From: an uncultured virus (IMG/VR IMGVR_UViG_3300035210_000116)
Lineage: Duplodnaviria > Heunggongvirae > Uroviricota > Caudoviricetes
Strand: one strand, 5' to 3'
Length of the DNA: 64,000 bases
Virus record (IMG/VR): IMGVR_UViG_3300035210_000116
In this document: in pieces, positions 9,198-20,826 of the stretch
How the letters are laid out: each line of letters opens with the position of its first letter
Position numbering within the stretch: position 1 is the stretch's first letter
Program-made: the position numbers and the translations under genes
The notes under the pieces: model-generated
Seen by the model: only the letters and a program-made list of their open reading frames with translations
What the model was told of the DNA's origin: nothing
The model's database searches: none

Positions 9198-12100
9198 GTG
9201 GCATATACGCTACCGATCGCGAACCTTAGCGTAGGTTCTACAACTGAGTTCGGGCTTGGTGGATCAATAACCTGCCGGACTCGGGCTCTGCTTATAGAAT
9301 CTACTTACGAAGGACTAGTATTCGGTTCTAATCTCCGTGTTTATGATTCCGCAGTAAATGGCGGGATATGTAATTTCACGTTCGTCGACCCAAATTACTC
9401 CATAGTTCCTGCTCCACAGTTTAATTTTGGCGGTACAGGCACGTTGTTTGCGCCCGTCGGTATAAATTCCACTGTATACGGAAACTCTTTATTTAAGAAC
9501 AAGGCAGGTTCATTTCTTCCAGAAGGGATAGACGATTCTATATTTGGTAAAACCTTTCTTGGAGGAAAAAGTGTAGATTTTAACTTCGCGGATATAGTCA
9601 ATCCTATTAACTATCCAGGAATGGCGCTTCGCTTTGACTTTATAGACGGGCCTTTTTTATCCAGAAGTATTCCAACAATAACCGCGTCGGAACAGACACA
9701 GTTTGGCATTTCGTGGATTACTTTAAAAGCTCAGGCAATATTACCCACTAGTTGTGGCATCATTCTAGTTCAAGCGCCGACCTTTGCCATAGCTTCCACG
9801 CCGGGAGTTCCTTTCCAGTTTAGTGCGGCATACGCGCAACCAGAATGTTATAACCTCCCGTTTGTCTTCGGAGGCGAACTTCCCCCACTTGTTTTTAAAG
9901 GTTTTACGGCCGCAGTTTTTGGTAGCGCGAAGCTACGAAACACTGCGCAAACCCTTACTCCTGTTAGTGTATATGACCATGCTCTTGGCGTAACTAGAGT
10001 AGCTTTCAAGGGTCAGTTTGCAGTCGATCTTCGTTTTGACTTCTCGTGGGACTACTTTTTAAGACCTTCAACCTCGGCAAACGTTCCATTCTATTTCTTC
10101 GCCGAAGGTAAAATTGCGTTCAACCTACAAACTGATATGACGCAGTTTGGAGCGGCCTCTGTAAGGCGCAACGAGGTTCTTCTGGGCTTCTACGGTTTTT
10201 CTAGCCAGGCAATAGGTACTGCTAGAGTATCTCCCCCGGCTGCGCAGATAAGACCTTCGGCGCTACCTCCAATAAACGCGTATGGCACTAACAACGTAAG
10301 GAATGTAACATTCCAGCAACAACTAAGTTTTACAAATTACAGCATATTCCAACCCGTTTTTCCCTCGAATACCGTAGTTCTTAACTGGCAGCAGTTCATA
10401 AAGCCGTATTATTCTTCATCTTTCTACTCATTTACCGAGTTTGGAACTAATGTTGTTCGCACATTTGGCCCGCAGCATGCAACAAACGTAGGAGCAGGTT
10501 GTACAACAGAGTACGGAGTTTCTTGGCTATCGAACTGGCTTCGTTTTCTACCACTCGGCGCTCTGGATAGTATCAGCTTTGGAACTTCCCATGTTAGATA
10601 CGTTCGTGCATATGTTAATCCGCAATGGGAAGTATTTACGTTATACGGGAACCCGCGTGTAATTCGCTACAACGAAGTAGATTGCGTAGGTTTCTCTTAC
10701 ACAGCCTACGGTAATCCAGCACTAATTTTTAGTAATCTGCTTGTAGGAATCGGATTTAATTCATTCGAATCTGGCGGCACAGTGGTTAAAAATCGTGCGC
10801 AAGCAATTGTTTTCGATATAAAAGATGCAGATGTAGGAATAAGTACACCGGGATTTGGAACTTCGCTAATCTACGATTCTGATCAATATTTTACATTTGA
10901 TATTCCTATAGAGAACGTTGAAACAGCCTTCTATGGATATATGACTAATGTCCATAATAGAAACCGGGCCATGGAATTTCCGGGATTTGATAGTTTCTAT
11001 TGGCGCCCATACGCTCACGCAGTTGGAATTACTGCCCGCATTATTTACACTCCGTCATTACCCACAACGGAATTTGGCGATTCATGGATTTCACGCAGAA
11101 TACGTTCGTTTTCAGTATATGGGCTTGATTCTAGTACTATACAGTACGATTACTATACCGAGATACTTAACAAAGGAGAGAAAATAAGTGTAGATGGATT
11201 TACGGCATACGAGTTTGGCGAAGTACCAGAAGTTTGGAATAACCGAAGATACAGAAGTCTTGGTGGATATGATTTTTGTGATTTCCCCGATACTTCTAGA
11301 GTCAGCCATGGAATTCAATATATAGAACTTCCTAACCTACTTCCTGGTGACTATAGTCTTACCTTTGGAACTCCTTCTGTCTCTCTGCATGACCAGTATG
11401 TTTTCCTAAATCCTATGGATGTTGATATCCGTCTTGGTACATTATCGGTTGATGGTCCGTATTTCTATGGTTTTAGCCCTTACGGCATACCACCACCGGA
11501 AAGATATGGTAATGCTGCAGAAGTAAGAAATAAGAATCGTCCAATTAAGCCTTATCAAATTACTGAACCTCTTTTACCAATATTTGCTATAGATTCTTCT
11601 TGGCATTTTATTACTAATTTAACTATAGACAGCCTTGAGATAGGCCAATTTAAAGCCGCCGACAACAAACAATACATAGCCCCGCAAGGATTATTCGCTT
11701 CTTATATTACAGGACCTCCTGGTGCTACAGTTCGTAATATATCAGTACCAACTGTATACCCTCAATGGCTAAAAGATATTGGTGGACTACCTCATGCGTA
11801 TAGTACCGAAGTCACTATGTTGGTTAGTAACTTTTCTATACGCTCAATGGGCATGTTTATTGAAGGATTTGACGCTCTGAAAATTGGAGGGGTTGATAAT
11901 GTCCTAAGTACCGTCTGGCAACTTCGTAACTACTACCCATTCACAGGATATGGAGAACCGGCAGTTACGCATTTCCATCGCAGAATAACTGTCGCTACTT
12001 CTGGAGATAGTCTTGTAGTTCCATCGAGTCTGCCGCCTGGAGGTTATGGTCAACTAGCTGTTTCCCCGTTCTATATCAACGATTTGGGCAACGCTGGTTT

Positions 12101-12869
12101 ATACATTGACGATCGGCAGTACGGACAACCACCTTGGTTTGGCTATTTTAGCGCGCACGTCCCTGGACTTACTGTACAACCGTCCTTCTTTGGTAGCACG
12201 TACACAGAGTTTGGTACTGCTGAACTTTTCCTTGGCCTGCGTTATATTAATTATAAATCTCTTTCTAGTACTAATTTTGGTATACTACTCATAAAACCTT
12301 TTAAACAACGCTTGTGGTTCTCAGGCGATGTAAGTGATACGTTTGGTTCCTGTGTGGTCAACGAGAAAGGCTTACAGCCAGTAATCGATCCGAGCACTAA
12401 AGCAATTTTGTTATCTACTCTCGGTGAGCAGACTCAATTCGGGCAAAGTGCTGTCGAGAATAAAAACCGCCCTGTACGCTTCAGCGGTGGCGACTCCTTA
12501 GTTTGTATATTCGGACAAGATTTACCAATAGTTCCGCTGGTTTGGCATTATCCACGTGGATTTACTACAGTATCTTTTAGCTCACCAACATTTGGCACTC
12601 CTTGGATAACACCTAGTCCGCGCATCCTGGATATGACTTATCCAGAGGACTATTCTGATGGTATGACGGAGTTTGACTGGACAATCTTTGCTATTCGTAT
12701 GCGCTTACGTACAGATCATGTGCTCAAGGTTGGCGGAATGGACTATGCTATAATGGGTAATCCAACACTGACTAATAGGTATCAGTATGCTAGAATTTAT
12801 CAGGTCGCTCCACCGCTCTTTCCGTGTTATTCGGTAACGATAACCCATGGCTATATCTTTCGAAGGTGA
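9198..12869 (+). CDS. Large putative tail protein with degenerate FG/YG-ending repeats
   Basis: AAGGAG RBS, GTG start, 1223 aa; recurring GxxxxxFG(T/S) units. Confidence 0.65.
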   Translation: MAYTLPIANLSVGSTTEFGLGGSITCRTRALLIESTYEGLVFGSNLRVYDSAVNGGICNFTFVDPNYSIVPAPQFNFGGTGTLFAPVGINSTVYGNSLFKNKAGSFLPEGIDDSIFGKTFLGGKSVDFNFADIVNPINYPGMALRFDFIDGPFLSRSIPTITASEQTQFGISWITLKAQAILPTSCGIILVQAPTFAIASTPGVPFQFSAAYAQPECYNLPFVFGGELPPLVFKGFTAAVFGSAKLRNTAQTLTPVSVYDHALGVTRVAFKGQFAVDLRFDFSWDYFLRPSTSANVPFYFFAEGKIAFNLQTDMTQFGAASVRRNEVLLGFYGFSSQAIGTARVSPPAAQIRPSALPPINAYGTNNVRNVTFQQQLSFTNYSIFQPVFPSNTVVLNWQQFIKPYYSSSFYSFTEFGTNVVRTFGPQHATNVGAGCTTEYGVSWLSNWLRFLPLGALDSISFGTSHVRYVRAYVNPQWEVFTLYGNPRVIRYNEVDCVGFSYTAYGNPALIFSNLLVGIGFNSFESGGTVVKNRAQAIVFDIKDADVGISTPGFGTSLIYDSDQYFTFDIPIENVETAFYGYMTNVHNRNRAMEFPGFDSFYWRPYAHAVGITARIIYTPSLPTTEFGDSWISRRIRSFSVYGLDSSTIQYDYYTEILNKGEKISVDGFTAYEFGEVPEVWNNRRYRSLGGYDFCDFPDTSRVSHGIQYIELPNLLPGDYSLTFGTPSVSLHDQYVFLNPMDVDIRLGTLSVDGPYFYGFSPYGIPPPERYGNAAEVRNKNRPIKPYQITEPLLPIFAIDSSWHFITNLTIDSLEIGQFKAADNKQYIAPQGLFASYITGPPGATVRNISVPTVYPQWLKDIGGLPHAYSTEVTMLVSNFSIRSMGMFIEGFDALKIGGVDNVLSTVWQLRNYYPFTGYGEPAVTHFHRRITVATSGDSLVVPSSLPPGGYGQLAVSPFYINDLGNAGLYIDDRQYGQPPWFGYFSAHVPGLTVQPSFFGSTYTEFGTAELFLGLRYINYKSLSSTNFGILLIKPFKQRLWFSGDVSDTFGSCVVNEKGLQPVIDPSTKAILLSTLGEQTQFGQSAVENKNRPVRFSGGDSLVCIFGQDLPIVPLVWHYPRGFTTVSFSSPTFGTPWITPSPRILDMTYPEDYSDGMTEFDWTIFAIRMRLRTDHVLKVGGMDYAIMGNPTLTNRYQYARIYQVAPPLFPCYSVTITHGYIFRR

Positions 12870-15585
12870 TGAAGCATTTGCCCTGGCCGTTTTGGATGAA
12901 GCCATTAGTCGAAGAACTGCCGTGCGGTTGATGAAAAACTCTCTGGGCATTCCGCAAATGATAAAGTCCTTCGATCTTTCGAATGGATGTCAGGTCTATG
13001 TGGTAGACCTCGAGCACACACAAAAAATGCACATTGTCGCTCCGGCAAAAAGTACAATAGTGGTCCCGGAAAAAAAGACTTTCTATTATTATGTCGAAAA
13101 TGGTATCCCCGACTATGTTAGCGGAGCTGTTACGCAGCCCGTAATAGAAACTACTGCCACCGGTAAATTTGACGATAATGGACAACCTATAATGGTTGAT
13201 TCAGTTCGCGAAGTAAAAATAACAGAGCAGACCAGTGAGCGTATATCTATGTATGACGCTAAAATCAAACTGGCGACTCCTGAGACGGGCGGTTTTGCCG
13301 CAATGCAAAATCCACTGTACCCAATAAGATACACGCAGCATAAAAACATACATCCTGGATTCTATAGCGGGTGGATGCGCACTGTAGTACAAGTTTTACT
13401 TGGTATAGGAACACAGAGCCAGGATTCTTACGAGCGAAGAAGCGGGTTGGCTCATCAGCTACAAAGAATAGACATGAACGACACTGCGTATGTTGCGCGC
13501 AGCGCTTTTGGTCTGTATAATCCTGATCGTACTAGAACAGTGGAGGTTCTGTATGATTATAGGTTTAACAAAACCCACGGAATCACTCTCGGTGGTACTT
13601 TGCCTGGCAAGACCGAAAAACTTCCATATCTTATAGAAATAGGGCAGGCTGGGGTTATAGCCTTCCCGCTTTCGCTTGATCCCGTTTCTCTGACTGCCGA
13701 CGGAGCAGCGAGATACAAAGAATTGTACCCAGAATTATTTTCAGACTACGAAGGTGGCGCTGGAAGTTCGTCTGGCATAGGACTTTTTGATTTTCTTGGC
13801 GGCTTTCCAACTGGAGAATTCCCTTACGTTTATGAACGAGATCGTGCGTCTCTTATACGCGCCGGCGAGGCGGTAGTAATATGTTCTACCAATGCCTTTT
13901 ATGCCAACAGCATGTATAGCTCAGCGATGGGTTGGGTATTCAACGAATCTGGATCAGAGGCGCATAATACCTGTTGGGGCTCTGACGCTAAAGGAGTATC
14001 GATCGGTTATTTGTACGGAATAAATATTGAGATAGGAGATTTTACCCCCGCTATAACTGATCCCAGGGCAGGACAGCTCGCAGGCGAATTGGGTAGAGCG
14101 CAAACTCTAAGGGTGTGGGAGAATAATAAGATAGGACGACTTTCTTCTGCGCAAGTAGAAACACTTTTATCAATACGCGACGCAAAAGCTAAGTATGAAG
14201 CTTTTGATTCTATGGAAGTTAAAGCTGAATTTAAAGCAACTGGTTCGTGCAAGATGTCAAGAAAAGGCTACCTTTATCATCCAGGAAAACTTGCCCCTAC
14301 TGGTGGTTGGTGCAATGGTCCAAGCGGTCAGCCCCAAATAAAGTTCTGGGAACCCATCATGGAATCCCCTATTTCTTTCGATTTCGGGTATTATGAAGAA
14401 GTGTCGGATATGGGGTGGAGGCAGAGTAAATTGAATCCTGCGCCAAAGTGTGATACACCTATGCTTGTGCTATATGGACAAGGTGGTGAGATCGATATCG
14501 TAAATTACTTTTACAGGGATACTCCTCCAGTTCCATTCGAACAAGTAGATACAAGAGAACCTTGTCAGTTCGATGGTACGTGGACTTCGGAAAGCAACAC
14601 ACTGGGTACTGGACTTTTTTGTAACTTCTATTCTTCGCAATGGGACCCACGTAAAGAGTTGTCGATCGGTGTGCACACAAAAACAACCAGCACTGGTAAG
14701 TTCTTGGGAAACACTGACTTTATGGATTTTGGCGGCTTCTGGGAAATGTGCTGCGACATTCGGAAAGAGTTTTGGTATGCTACAAGCTACGAGACAAGTG
14801 CTACGGGGGCGCAGTCAGCAAATGCCGCCGTAGTGTGGCCGGGGGGTGATAGAAATATCTACTATACTGTAGAGGTAGAAAGTACTACTTCTTCGAGTAG
14901 ATCAAGCGGCACAAGCAAGCCGTATGTTGCAGGATATGGTAACGTTGTCAAACATGGCAGGGTGTACCATTTTATTTTCCACTGGCTAGGTAGTGGGTGT
15001 ATTAAAGAAGAAGGCGGACCCAGTCCCGGTGACGGACCGCCATGTATGCTGCGCGAAGTATACCCATCTACCGTCACCGAATCTTGTTTCAGTGGTGCGC
15101 CCTCCTTCCCATACTACAGCGTATGCGGCGGTGATTGGACTGGATATCACGGAGCGGGTGATCTTATCCCAGGTGGTATCACGATTTGGTATTCTAAACG
15201 ATTTGGTAACGAGCCACCGGGGGAGGCACACTCTTCCACAACTCCCCCAGAAGCAACGCTAAACTGGAGATCTAGGATTTTTGGGGATACGTCTTTAAAT
15301 GGTAGTATAATCGACAGTGAAGCTCTGACGCAAGTAAATGATTCAGACCATCAACTTGGGTTAGATATAGAGGACTCAGCAATGTCGATGTGGTGGTGGA
15401 GAGCTAGTCCAACTGGGTGTGAGACTCCAACGTACGCTCCTCCGTTGAACATAAACATAAATACATTTGGCGATGCTCTTACGGTTTACGAACCACAATT
15501 TGAATTTCCCTCAAGGTATGAGGGCACACCAATCGAGCTAAAAGATAATTTAGCGGGTTGTTTTATAGGATACGTAGCAAAATGA
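12847..15585 (+). CDS. Putative structural protein
   Basis: 912-aa ORF coupled within the structural operon. Confidence 0.6.
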   Translation: MAISFEGDEAFALAVLDEAISRRTAVRLMKNSLGIPQMIKSFDLSNGCQVYVVDLEHTQKMHIVAPAKSTIVVPEKKTFYYYVENGIPDYVSGAVTQPVIETTATGKFDDNGQPIMVDSVREVKITEQTSERISMYDAKIKLATPETGGFAAMQNPLYPIRYTQHKNIHPGFYSGWMRTVVQVLLGIGTQSQDSYERRSGLAHQLQRIDMNDTAYVARSAFGLYNPDRTRTVEVLYDYRFNKTHGITLGGTLPGKTEKLPYLIEIGQAGVIAFPLSLDPVSLTADGAARYKELYPELFSDYEGGAGSSSGIGLFDFLGGFPTGEFPYVYERDRASLIRAGEAVVICSTNAFYANSMYSSAMGWVFNESGSEAHNTCWGSDAKGVSIGYLYGINIEIGDFTPAITDPRAGQLAGELGRAQTLRVWENNKIGRLSSAQVETLLSIRDAKAKYEAFDSMEVKAEFKATGSCKMSRKGYLYHPGKLAPTGGWCNGPSGQPQIKFWEPIMESPISFDFGYYEEVSDMGWRQSKLNPAPKCDTPMLVLYGQGGEIDIVNYFYRDTPPVPFEQVDTREPCQFDGTWTSESNTLGTGLFCNFYSSQWDPRKELSIGVHTKTTSTGKFLGNTDFMDFGGFWEMCCDIRKEFWYATSYETSATGAQSANAAVVWPGGDRNIYYTVEVESTTSSSRSSGTSKPYVAGYGNVVKHGRVYHFIFHWLGSGCIKEEGGPSPGDGPPCMLREVYPSTVTESCFSGAPSFPYYSVCGGDWTGYHGAGDLIPGGITIWYSKRFGNEPPGEAHSSTTPPEATLNWRSRIFGDTSLNGSIIDSEALTQVNDSDHQLGLDIEDSAMSMWWWRASPTGCETPTYAPPLNININTFGDALTVYEPQFEFPSRYEGTPIELKDNLAGCFIGYVAK

Positions 15586-17624
15586 GTTTTCCAGGCGCAA
15601 AAACCCAGTGGCACACAGTTCCGGCAACTTCCCCAGGAAACTGGGAGCAGAATAATGCTGCTGCTGCGGAAGCTGAATCGATAGATGTAGCTAATAGCAT
15701 AATCGAACTGCGTTCTAATGCTTCGGCCTTGGCGACTCTTGCTCTAAAATATATAAATGAATGCAGGGCGTTTTCGGCCGACATAACTTCAGTCAATTAT
15801 GTTCCCCCAACTTTCGCTGGAGCGCAATTAGTAACTGTTGACACGGACTGGTCGTGGCCGGCTGTAAGTGATTTAATAATTCCAACAACAGCTACTCCTG
15901 ATTTTTCTAAAGCGCGCATAGTTGGGGAATTTACTGCGAGCGAAGATATAGAGCGTCCAGCTATTACACCGACTGTACTTCCAGTAAAGCCGTTCGCTAC
16001 TAGCCCACAACAAATTCCGAATGACCCTACAATTCTTTCTATAGATGTACCAGAAACACCTGTTTATGTTTATCCTTTGATCACTTCAGTCCCTGTTCCT
16101 CCTCCATTGGGCTTAGCGCCAGTGTATAAAGAACTTCCTGACCCAATTATGCTAAAAGCGATTTCTTTTCCCGAGATAAACGACGCAGGAGTAACTAATG
16201 CTTTTTCTGCACTTGAGGCGATTATTAAGGCGCGACCCACTATACCTATTTATTCACCTTATATCCCAAGTGTTTTCCAAGTTATAGGTGCTTTACTAGC
16301 TGGTCCACCAGAGTACGTAGTTAATGCTACGCGAGCATATACGGCTCGAAGAGCTACGATTGAAGATAGACAGAGCAGTTTTATAAATACAGTTTATTCA
16401 AGACGTGGGCTTGTTTCGGTAGACTCTTCTGCTTATATTTCTAAGGAAAAAGCTCGTACAATTAGCCAAGCCGAAGCATACAGGGTTGTTACTATCGCTC
16501 TAGCAGCCGATGATTCGATACGTGACGCTTACAAAGTTGGAACCGCGGCACACGCCCAAGCTGTCGAACTTCTTATTGCAATAACTGACAGTGAGTTTGA
16601 TGCTCTATTTGCTAACGCTGAAGCACAGGGTGAGCTTTGGAATGCTGCCGTAGCTTCGTATCAAGGGGTTGCTGCTACGTTTGAAAACAAGGCGCAGGCT
16701 TATACTCTAGCATTTACGGAAGAAGAAGCGCGAGTTCAGAATTACACTACACAAATGGATTCCTTGAAAGTACGTGCGGGATTTGAAAGCACGACGGCAC
16801 GTTATTTTGCGTCTACTGAACAAAGTAAAGCGCTTACCCTAGACATTAACAGTCTGTTAGTTGATACTGAAAAAGCCAAAGTACAGGCTTTTTCCACATC
16901 AAATCGCGCCGTCGCGGCTCGCGCCGAAGCTCTTGGAATAGAGTTTGAGCAATACCAAGCGCTTGTCGCTAAGTGGACTGGCTCACTCGCCGCTGTACAA
17001 GCTACGTGGAAAGAAGCCTCAGCCAGAGCCAAAGCTATAGCAGCTACGAACCAGGCGATAGCGCAACGAGTTGCTGCTTCTGGTGAAAGTAATCTTATCA
17101 TAGCGACAGAGGCGCAAAAAGCTGCTGCATATGTTGCTGCGCAGGCTGAACGGCTTAAGGCTAATATAAGTCAGCGTTCTTCGGCCTTCGCTGTAACTGA
17201 AGCCAGTAACCAAATAGCTGGGGCGTTAGCGCAGAACATATCGACTATCTATAGCACTGGTCTAACACAACTTACGCAAAAAGTTACGGCTGAAAGTGCC
17301 AACATAGAAGGGAGAGCCGTCGAGGCCGCCGCTGCGTCGAGATTCTTTGTTCAAGCGGCTGAGGCAGCAGGACGCGCTGCCACCCTTACGCAACAAGCAA
17401 ACATTCAACTAGCCGAAGCTTATTCTATGGCGCAAGAAACCTCTGGTAAAGCTACGGCGGCTATCGAAGCTGGCCGATTTGGCGGATACAGTGCTAGAGT
17501 TTCGCTTAGTGCTAGTGCAGAACTTGGCGCCTCAGAGCACAGCGGACGAAGGGTTGATAATTCATACGCAGTTACTACCTCTGAATCTGATAGTTACCAA
17601 GAAAGCCTTAACATGGTTAAATAA
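15582..17624 (+). CDS. Pro-rich then Ala-rich coiled-coil virion protein
   Basis: ATG at 15582 overlaps the upstream TGA; long helical C-terminal half. Confidence 0.6.
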   Translation: MSFPGAKTQWHTVPATSPGNWEQNNAAAAEAESIDVANSIIELRSNASALATLALKYINECRAFSADITSVNYVPPTFAGAQLVTVDTDWSWPAVSDLIIPTTATPDFSKARIVGEFTASEDIERPAITPTVLPVKPFATSPQQIPNDPTILSIDVPETPVYVYPLITSVPVPPPLGLAPVYKELPDPIMLKAISFPEINDAGVTNAFSALEAIIKARPTIPIYSPYIPSVFQVIGALLAGPPEYVVNATRAYTARRATIEDRQSSFINTVYSRRGLVSVDSSAYISKEKARTISQAEAYRVVTIALAADDSIRDAYKVGTAAHAQAVELLIAITDSEFDALFANAEAQGELWNAAVASYQGVAATFENKAQAYTLAFTEEEARVQNYTTQMDSLKVRAGFESTTARYFASTEQSKALTLDINSLLVDTEKAKVQAFSTSNRAVAARAEALGIEFEQYQALVAKWTGSLAAVQATWKEASARAKAIAATNQAIAQRVAASGESNLIIATEAQKAAAYVAAQAERLKANISQRSSAFAVTEASNQIAGALAQNISTIYSTGLTQLTQKVTAESANIEGRAVEAAAASRFFVQAAEAAGRAATLTQQANIQLAEAYSMAQETSGKATAAIEAGRFGGYSARVSLSASAELGASEHSGRRVDNSYAVTTSESDSYQESLNMVK

Positions 17625-17635
17625 CGGAGAAATAT

Positions 17636-19648
17636 ATGGCATATTCTGGTGGATCAGTATCGACGTCGATTAGCGGCGCCGGAGGTGGAGCTTCTCCGAC
17701 TAGTATAATTTCTAGGGCGCGCTCATTAATCGCGCTTCCTACTTTTAGTGGGACTGCTACTTTTCCAGATGGTTTTGCTTCTCCTATGGCATTTGCTACA
17801 GCATTAATAAACGCTCCAGCTGGTGCCATGCTCACAATACCTAATTATGCCCCTCCTGTTATACCAGCGCCCACGACAATAGATGTTAATCCACAAGAAG
17901 CGGCGTATAGAGCCGTAGATAGTCTCCTTGCAATGCCTTTTCTTCCAGTGGCTGTAGCTCCAAAATGGGGAGTTCCAGAGCTGCCTGTTTATAGTGCGTA
18001 TGAAGCTGTTTCTTCTGCTCCCGTTGACTACCCCGAGCAGGAACTTGAGATACTTCCTGACAGCGCTGGACTTACATCTAATCTTGTACTCACGCCTATA
18101 GCTATAGGAAATCGACCGGTTCCGGCGAATCTTATAGTAAATGAATTTATTCCGGAAATTTTGGCCCCATTCAATGACGGACTGCCAGAATATAAAGAGC
18201 TGGAGGCTTTTATAGCTTTATCCGCTACTGAGGTCTTGTATACTGCTGATAATGATCTTCTGCAACACATACTTGGTACTATCGATGGAAAGACTTCGCT
18301 TAGTGAAGACACGCAATTATCGATGTTTAAATCTAAACTAGAATGGGCAGATGTCGATGAACGTGAAGCTGAGCAAAAAGCTTTTGAAAGTGCCGCTTCT
18401 AAAGGATTTTCTCTACCTTCTCCAGAACTAATGGACACTATTTTAGCAATCTCATCTAAAGATAGTAGAGAACGTGAAAAAGCTAACCGGGAAATTCTCG
18501 AGGACGTTATAAAACGAGGAAGGGAAACCCAGTTAGGAGCGATAGAAACTTCTACAACTCTTGAAAAAGTACATTTTTCATTGTTTAATAATTATGTAGA
18601 GCGTCTACTTAAAACACAACGTTTTAACGTAAAAATGTCAGTAACGCTATATGACGCTCTTGTAAAGCTGTATAATGCAAAGATTGCACTAGTTGCGATA
18701 CTTATCCGGTCTTATAAAGAGTATGCGCAGACAGTAAGAATACAAAATAGTGCGATAGAAGCGCAAGGTCAAGGTGAGTCAGCACGTTTAGAGGCTCTTC
18801 AATCTGAGACAGTTTCTTATGAAGCTCAGATCAACACAGCAAAGGCTATGGGGCAAATAGAACGACTACGCATCGATTTGGCCACATTACCAATAGCAGA
18901 ATTCGAAGCTAAACTAGTTGGTATAATGGCACATGTTAATACTGTTAAAAAAAATATCCAAGCGTATGAAACGTCTATCAAGGCTTTTTCGCAGGCTACG
19001 GAAGCTGTCAACGAGCGCTGGGGAACCTATGTCTCAGAAGTCGAATCATCGATCTCTGTTGTTTCTGTTGATTCTGCTAACGCTAAGGAAGCTGCATCTT
19101 ACGCACAGACAGAAACTGGTAGGATACAAGCCCACTCGAGTTATGTTGGCCAAGCTGTTCAAAATCTTGAAAATGAGGTCGGAGAATACTCTGCGTATTC
19201 TCAAGCGCAACGGGGCTACCTACAAGCCCTTACAGGGAAACTAGGTGCTGAGGCGCAGTCAGTCGAAGCTTTTTCTAGAGCAGTTGGTGCAGTAACAAGC
19301 TATACTTCCGGCTGGAACAAGGCCGAAGCAGAACGCACTGGAGCAGTTAATATGTTTGATCTAACCAATGCCGAACAGAACACACGGCAGCAGGCTCTTA
19401 ATACAGAGGCGCAAGCGGCACAGGCAAGAATACGTGCGGGATGGTTATCAGCGAGAGCGCAAGCTGCTGCTGGACAGGCCCAAGCTGCTTTTGGAGTAAC
19501 GAGCGCTTCATTAAACTTGTCTGGTGGCGTAGGTTTAAAAAATGAATCCGTAGATAGTGGCGAAATTATTTTCTCAGATCATGCTTCTAGGGAATATTCT
19601 ACGCGCAGATCAATCTCTGCATCTGCCACTAATCATTCCGGAGGTTAA
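17636..19648 (+). CDS. Pro-rich then coiled-coil virion protein, probable paralog of 15582..17624
   Basis: GGAG RBS; same size and architecture; similar C-terminus. Confidence 0.6.
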   Translation: MAYSGGSVSTSISGAGGGASPTSIISRARSLIALPTFSGTATFPDGFASPMAFATALINAPAGAMLTIPNYAPPVIPAPTTIDVNPQEAAYRAVDSLLAMPFLPVAVAPKWGVPELPVYSAYEAVSSAPVDYPEQELEILPDSAGLTSNLVLTPIAIGNRPVPANLIVNEFIPEILAPFNDGLPEYKELEAFIALSATEVLYTADNDLLQHILGTIDGKTSLSEDTQLSMFKSKLEWADVDEREAEQKAFESAASKGFSLPSPELMDTILAISSKDSREREKANREILEDVIKRGRETQLGAIETSTTLEKVHFSLFNNYVERLLKTQRFNVKMSVTLYDALVKLYNAKIALVAILIRSYKEYAQTVRIQNSAIEAQGQGESARLEALQSETVSYEAQINTAKAMGQIERLRIDLATLPIAEFEAKLVGIMAHVNTVKKNIQAYETSIKAFSQATEAVNERWGTYVSEVESSISVVSVDSANAKEAASYAQTETGRIQAHSSYVGQAVQNLENEVGEYSAYSQAQRGYLQALTGKLGAEAQSVEAFSRAVGAVTSYTSGWNKAEAERTGAVNMFDLTNAEQNTRQQALNTEAQAAQARIRAGWLSARAQAAAGQAQAAFGVTSASLNLSGGVGLKNESVDSGEIIFSDHASREYSTRRSISASATNHSGG

Positions 19649-19650
19649 TT

Positions 19651-20817
19651 GTGGCCAGAGAAATAACATATGAAGTAGCTACTATTTTTGCCGAAGCGCG
19701 TAGTAGACTTATATTAGAAGGGCTAATAGAATCCGCCGTTATAACCGAGTATTCCATCGCATCTTTTTTGTATACAACACTAGACACTGGGGTAATTACA
19801 GGAGAAGTTCTTACTGAGTCAATAAAGCACAATCTTTATGACGATGCATTTATAAGTGGATGGGCGGCTGGTGGAAATAGAGCAAAAAGAATAACAGAAG
19901 AAACGGGGAGGATATTTAGTGCATCTATCGGGACTAGAGTTCTTTATGCCGCCACTACAGAAGAAGCCTTATTAAACAGCTTGGTACTAAGCGGTTTAGC
20001 CAAAAATATTCTGCTGGACAATGCGCAATGTAGTTCATCGTCTTTCACAAAGCGTTTAATTAAATGGAATATAACAGATGTTGCTTTACTTCACTCTGTT
20101 ATTTCTTATAAGCCTAAAACAGTTATAACTGACACTGCTGTAGCCACCAGCGAAACTATTATTGTCGTAACTCAACGAGTTACGACGCTAGAGGGTGCTG
20201 CCGTTCACGGAGTTTCTACTTATAAAATAGTTTGCAGATCGCCAATTTTAGACTCAGGAATTATAACTTCTCGCCTCGGCGCTAGAGGAATTATTGCCAA
20301 AGGTCGGATAATTGACATGGCGTATATTACCAGTATACTTCCTATAATGGCCCCGATAGAGTTTGGTACTAGGGCGTGGGTTATCAACGTAAGAAACTGG
20401 TACATGGGTGAATATCGGGGGCTTCCGGTCAAAGAGATTGGTAGTAAGTATGGAACCAGTCCTAATGGACTATATGTAAGAACTCCTGGGTATCTCGCCG
20501 CGGAGTCCTATATCGAAACTGGTGATCTAAATCTAATCGCAGGTAGCGACTTCAATGTACATACGATATACATGATGCTACACGCCGAGCATTCAGAGCT
20601 TGACATACTTGTTACTGCCTCTCAGTATGGTAGAGAAGTAGTAATAGAGTACGACGTGCCAGTGCTTGTATCCACCAAAGAGCGCAATCGCATAGTACGC
20701 CTGAGCCGCAAGGTGGATGGTAATGCGTGGAAATTTAGGATTGGTTCTTTAACGGGCCATTGGGGAATAACGAACATGAGCCTCGAAATCGGAAGAAATC
20801 GGGTACCGAAGAAGTAG
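19651..20817 (+). CDS. Putative structural protein
   Basis: GGAGG RBS, GTG start, 388 aa. Confidence 0.6.
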   Translation: MAREITYEVATIFAEARSRLILEGLIESAVITEYSIASFLYTTLDTGVITGEVLTESIKHNLYDDAFISGWAAGGNRAKRITEETGRIFSASIGTRVLYAATTEEALLNSLVLSGLAKNILLDNAQCSSSSFTKRLIKWNITDVALLHSVISYKPKTVITDTAVATSETIIVVTQRVTTLEGAAVHGVSTYKIVCRSPILDSGIITSRLGARGIIAKGRIIDMAYITSILPIMAPIEFGTRAWVINVRNWYMGEYRGLPVKEIGSKYGTSPNGLYVRTPGYLAAESYIETGDLNLIAGSDFNVHTIYMMLHAEHSELDILVTASQYGREVVIEYDVPVLVSTKERNRIVRLSRKVDGNAWKFRIGSLTGHWGITNMSLEIGRNRVPKK

Positions 20818-20826
20818 GAGATAAAA

